The notes under the pieces: generated by a model
Told to the model about the DNA's origin: nothing
What the model saw: the letters and a program-made list of their open reading frames with translations, nothing else
The model's database searches: none
Virus record (IMG/VR): IMGVR_UViG_3300034026_000014
Location: 1 to 59,191 of that record
Strand: one strand, 5' to 3'
Length of the DNA: 59,191 bases
DNA from: a virus
Taxonomy: Duplodnaviria; Caudoviricetes
In this document: piece after piece, positions 58,200-59,191 of the stretch
How positions within the stretch are numbered: the stretch's first letter is position 1
Layout: each line of letters opens with the position of its first letter
Translations under genes and position numbers: made by a program

Positions 58200-58425
58200 C
58201 GCAGAGTTCCGCCTCGCGGGCCACGCGCGCCTGCGCCCCGCCGTCGAGGTGGACAACGTGCTCAACCAGACTGTCTTCACCTTCGGCGCCGAGTTCGTCA
58301 ACTTCAACGCGCTCCGCCCCGGCGCGACCGACGCGCAGCGCCGAGCCTTCGACGACACCTTCCTCGTCCCGACGCGCACGCTCCGCCCGCGGACGGTGCG
58401 CGTCGGGCTGCGCGTGGACTTTTAG
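58200..58425 (+). pseudogene. 3' fragment of a TonB-dependent receptor-like outer-membrane gene
   Basis: EVDNVLNQ...PRTVRVGLRVDF*: alternating beta-strand ending in Phe; no credible 5' part. Confidence 0.6.
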
Positions 58426-58459
58426 ACGGGGCTGGATATGTTCGGCCTGAGGCCCGCGT

Positions 58460-58504
58460 AAAAAAGAAGAGCACGCCCCCGCCAGCGGGAGGCGTGCTCT
58501 TCTT
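58460..58504. terminator. Bidirectional terminator
   Basis: AAGAAGAGCACGCC...GGCGTGCTCTTCTT hairpin between convergent genes. Confidence 0.75.
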
Positions 58505-58525
58505 GAGTAGGGAAGTCGCCCGCGG

Positions 58526-59131
58526 TTACGGGACGACGTCGAACGACACCGTGTTGGAGTCGGCCGGCTTGCCCTTCCACTGCGAGTAACGCCGGAGCGT
58601 TAACTCGTAGTGCCCCGGCTCCAGCCTCTCGAACCAGCGTTCGAGGTCAAACGACTCCACCTCCGTCGGATTGTTCGGGGTGAGCGTCGTCGTGAACCGC
58701 GGGCCGCCGAGGCTGGAGCCGGCCTGGTCTTTGGCGCGCATCAGTTCGACCACCCCTTTGCGGTAGTGCTGCGGCTGCCCGTCCTTCAGCAGCCGCAGGC
58801 GGTGGCGCAGGTAGCCGTCGCCGGTCTCAACTTCCAGAGACGCGTCGCCCGTGTTGAGCATGGTGAGCCTGACGATGACCTTCTCCCCGGCCTTGAAGGT
58901 GGCCGCCGCTTCGTACCCGTAAGACTTGCGGCTGTAGGCGACGGGGGTGATCGTCAGTCGAACGTCCCGCACCTGCTTCTCCTCCCTCTGCGCCGCCTCG
59001 GCGCTTTTCGCCGGCCGGGCGGCCTGCGTCCCCGCGTCCCCCGGACGCACTCCGTTCGGCGTGGCAAGGACGGTGGTCAGGAGCACCGAAAGTGCCAGCA
59101 GCGACAGCACAGGTAGCGTGCGTAAGAACAT
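58526..59131 (-). CDS. Exported Ig-like hypothetical protein (host-like)
   Basis: RBS GGAGG before ATG 59131; signal peptide; LEPGHYEL...SNTVSF. Confidence 0.7.
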   Translation of the reverse strand: MFLRTLPVLSLLALSVLLTTVLATPNGVRPGDAGTQAARPAKSAEAAQREEKQVRDVRLTITPVAYSRKSYGYEAAATFKAGEKVIVRLTMLNTGDASLEVETGDGYLRHRLRLLKDGQPQHYRKGVVELMRAKDQAGSSLGGPRFTTTLTPNNPTEVESFDLERWFERLEPGHYELTLRRYSQWKGKPADSNTVSFDVVP

Positions 59132-59191
59132 GCTTTTTCCTCCCCTGCGGGGGCGCGCGGCCCCCCTCGATTTCTCCATCATGACTTTCAT

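Overview
High-GC window almost entirely occupied by a temperate siphovirus-type prophage or phage-plasmid (about 1.9-58.1 kb), flanked by host-like genes. The host is inferred, not shown, to be an Acidobacterium of the Blastocatellia/Pyrinomonadaceae type. From left to right: (1) a regulatory block with an XRE gene, a small secreted pro-peptide gene divergent from a TPR + Fis-HTH regulator, and a cI/cro-like switch; (2) a first replication initiator with iterons, early genes and a tyrosine recombinase; (3) a ~17.5-kb accessory segment between two identical 24-bp sites, holding IS200/IS605-like hairpins, a DUF262 nuclease, a MerR / DNA methyltransferase-MNT / HEPN / PD-(D/E)XK operon, and a second ParA-Rep replicon; (4) a middle/late block with VRR-NUC, HD-GYP, terminases, a portal fused to a 2H phosphoesterase, HK97-type head genes, a non-contractile tail, a GTA-like tail tip and fibre-like proteins with Sec signal peptides. 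Best candidate for a new system: the peptide/TPR-HTH pair beside the lysis-lysogeny switch. Its intergenic palindrome (TTAGAA-N6-TTCTAA) recurs 17/18 identical upstream of the middle/late operon, which suggests an arbitrium-like communication circuit of inverted architecture in a probably diderm host. All family assignments come from motif recognition by eye; no database searches were run.
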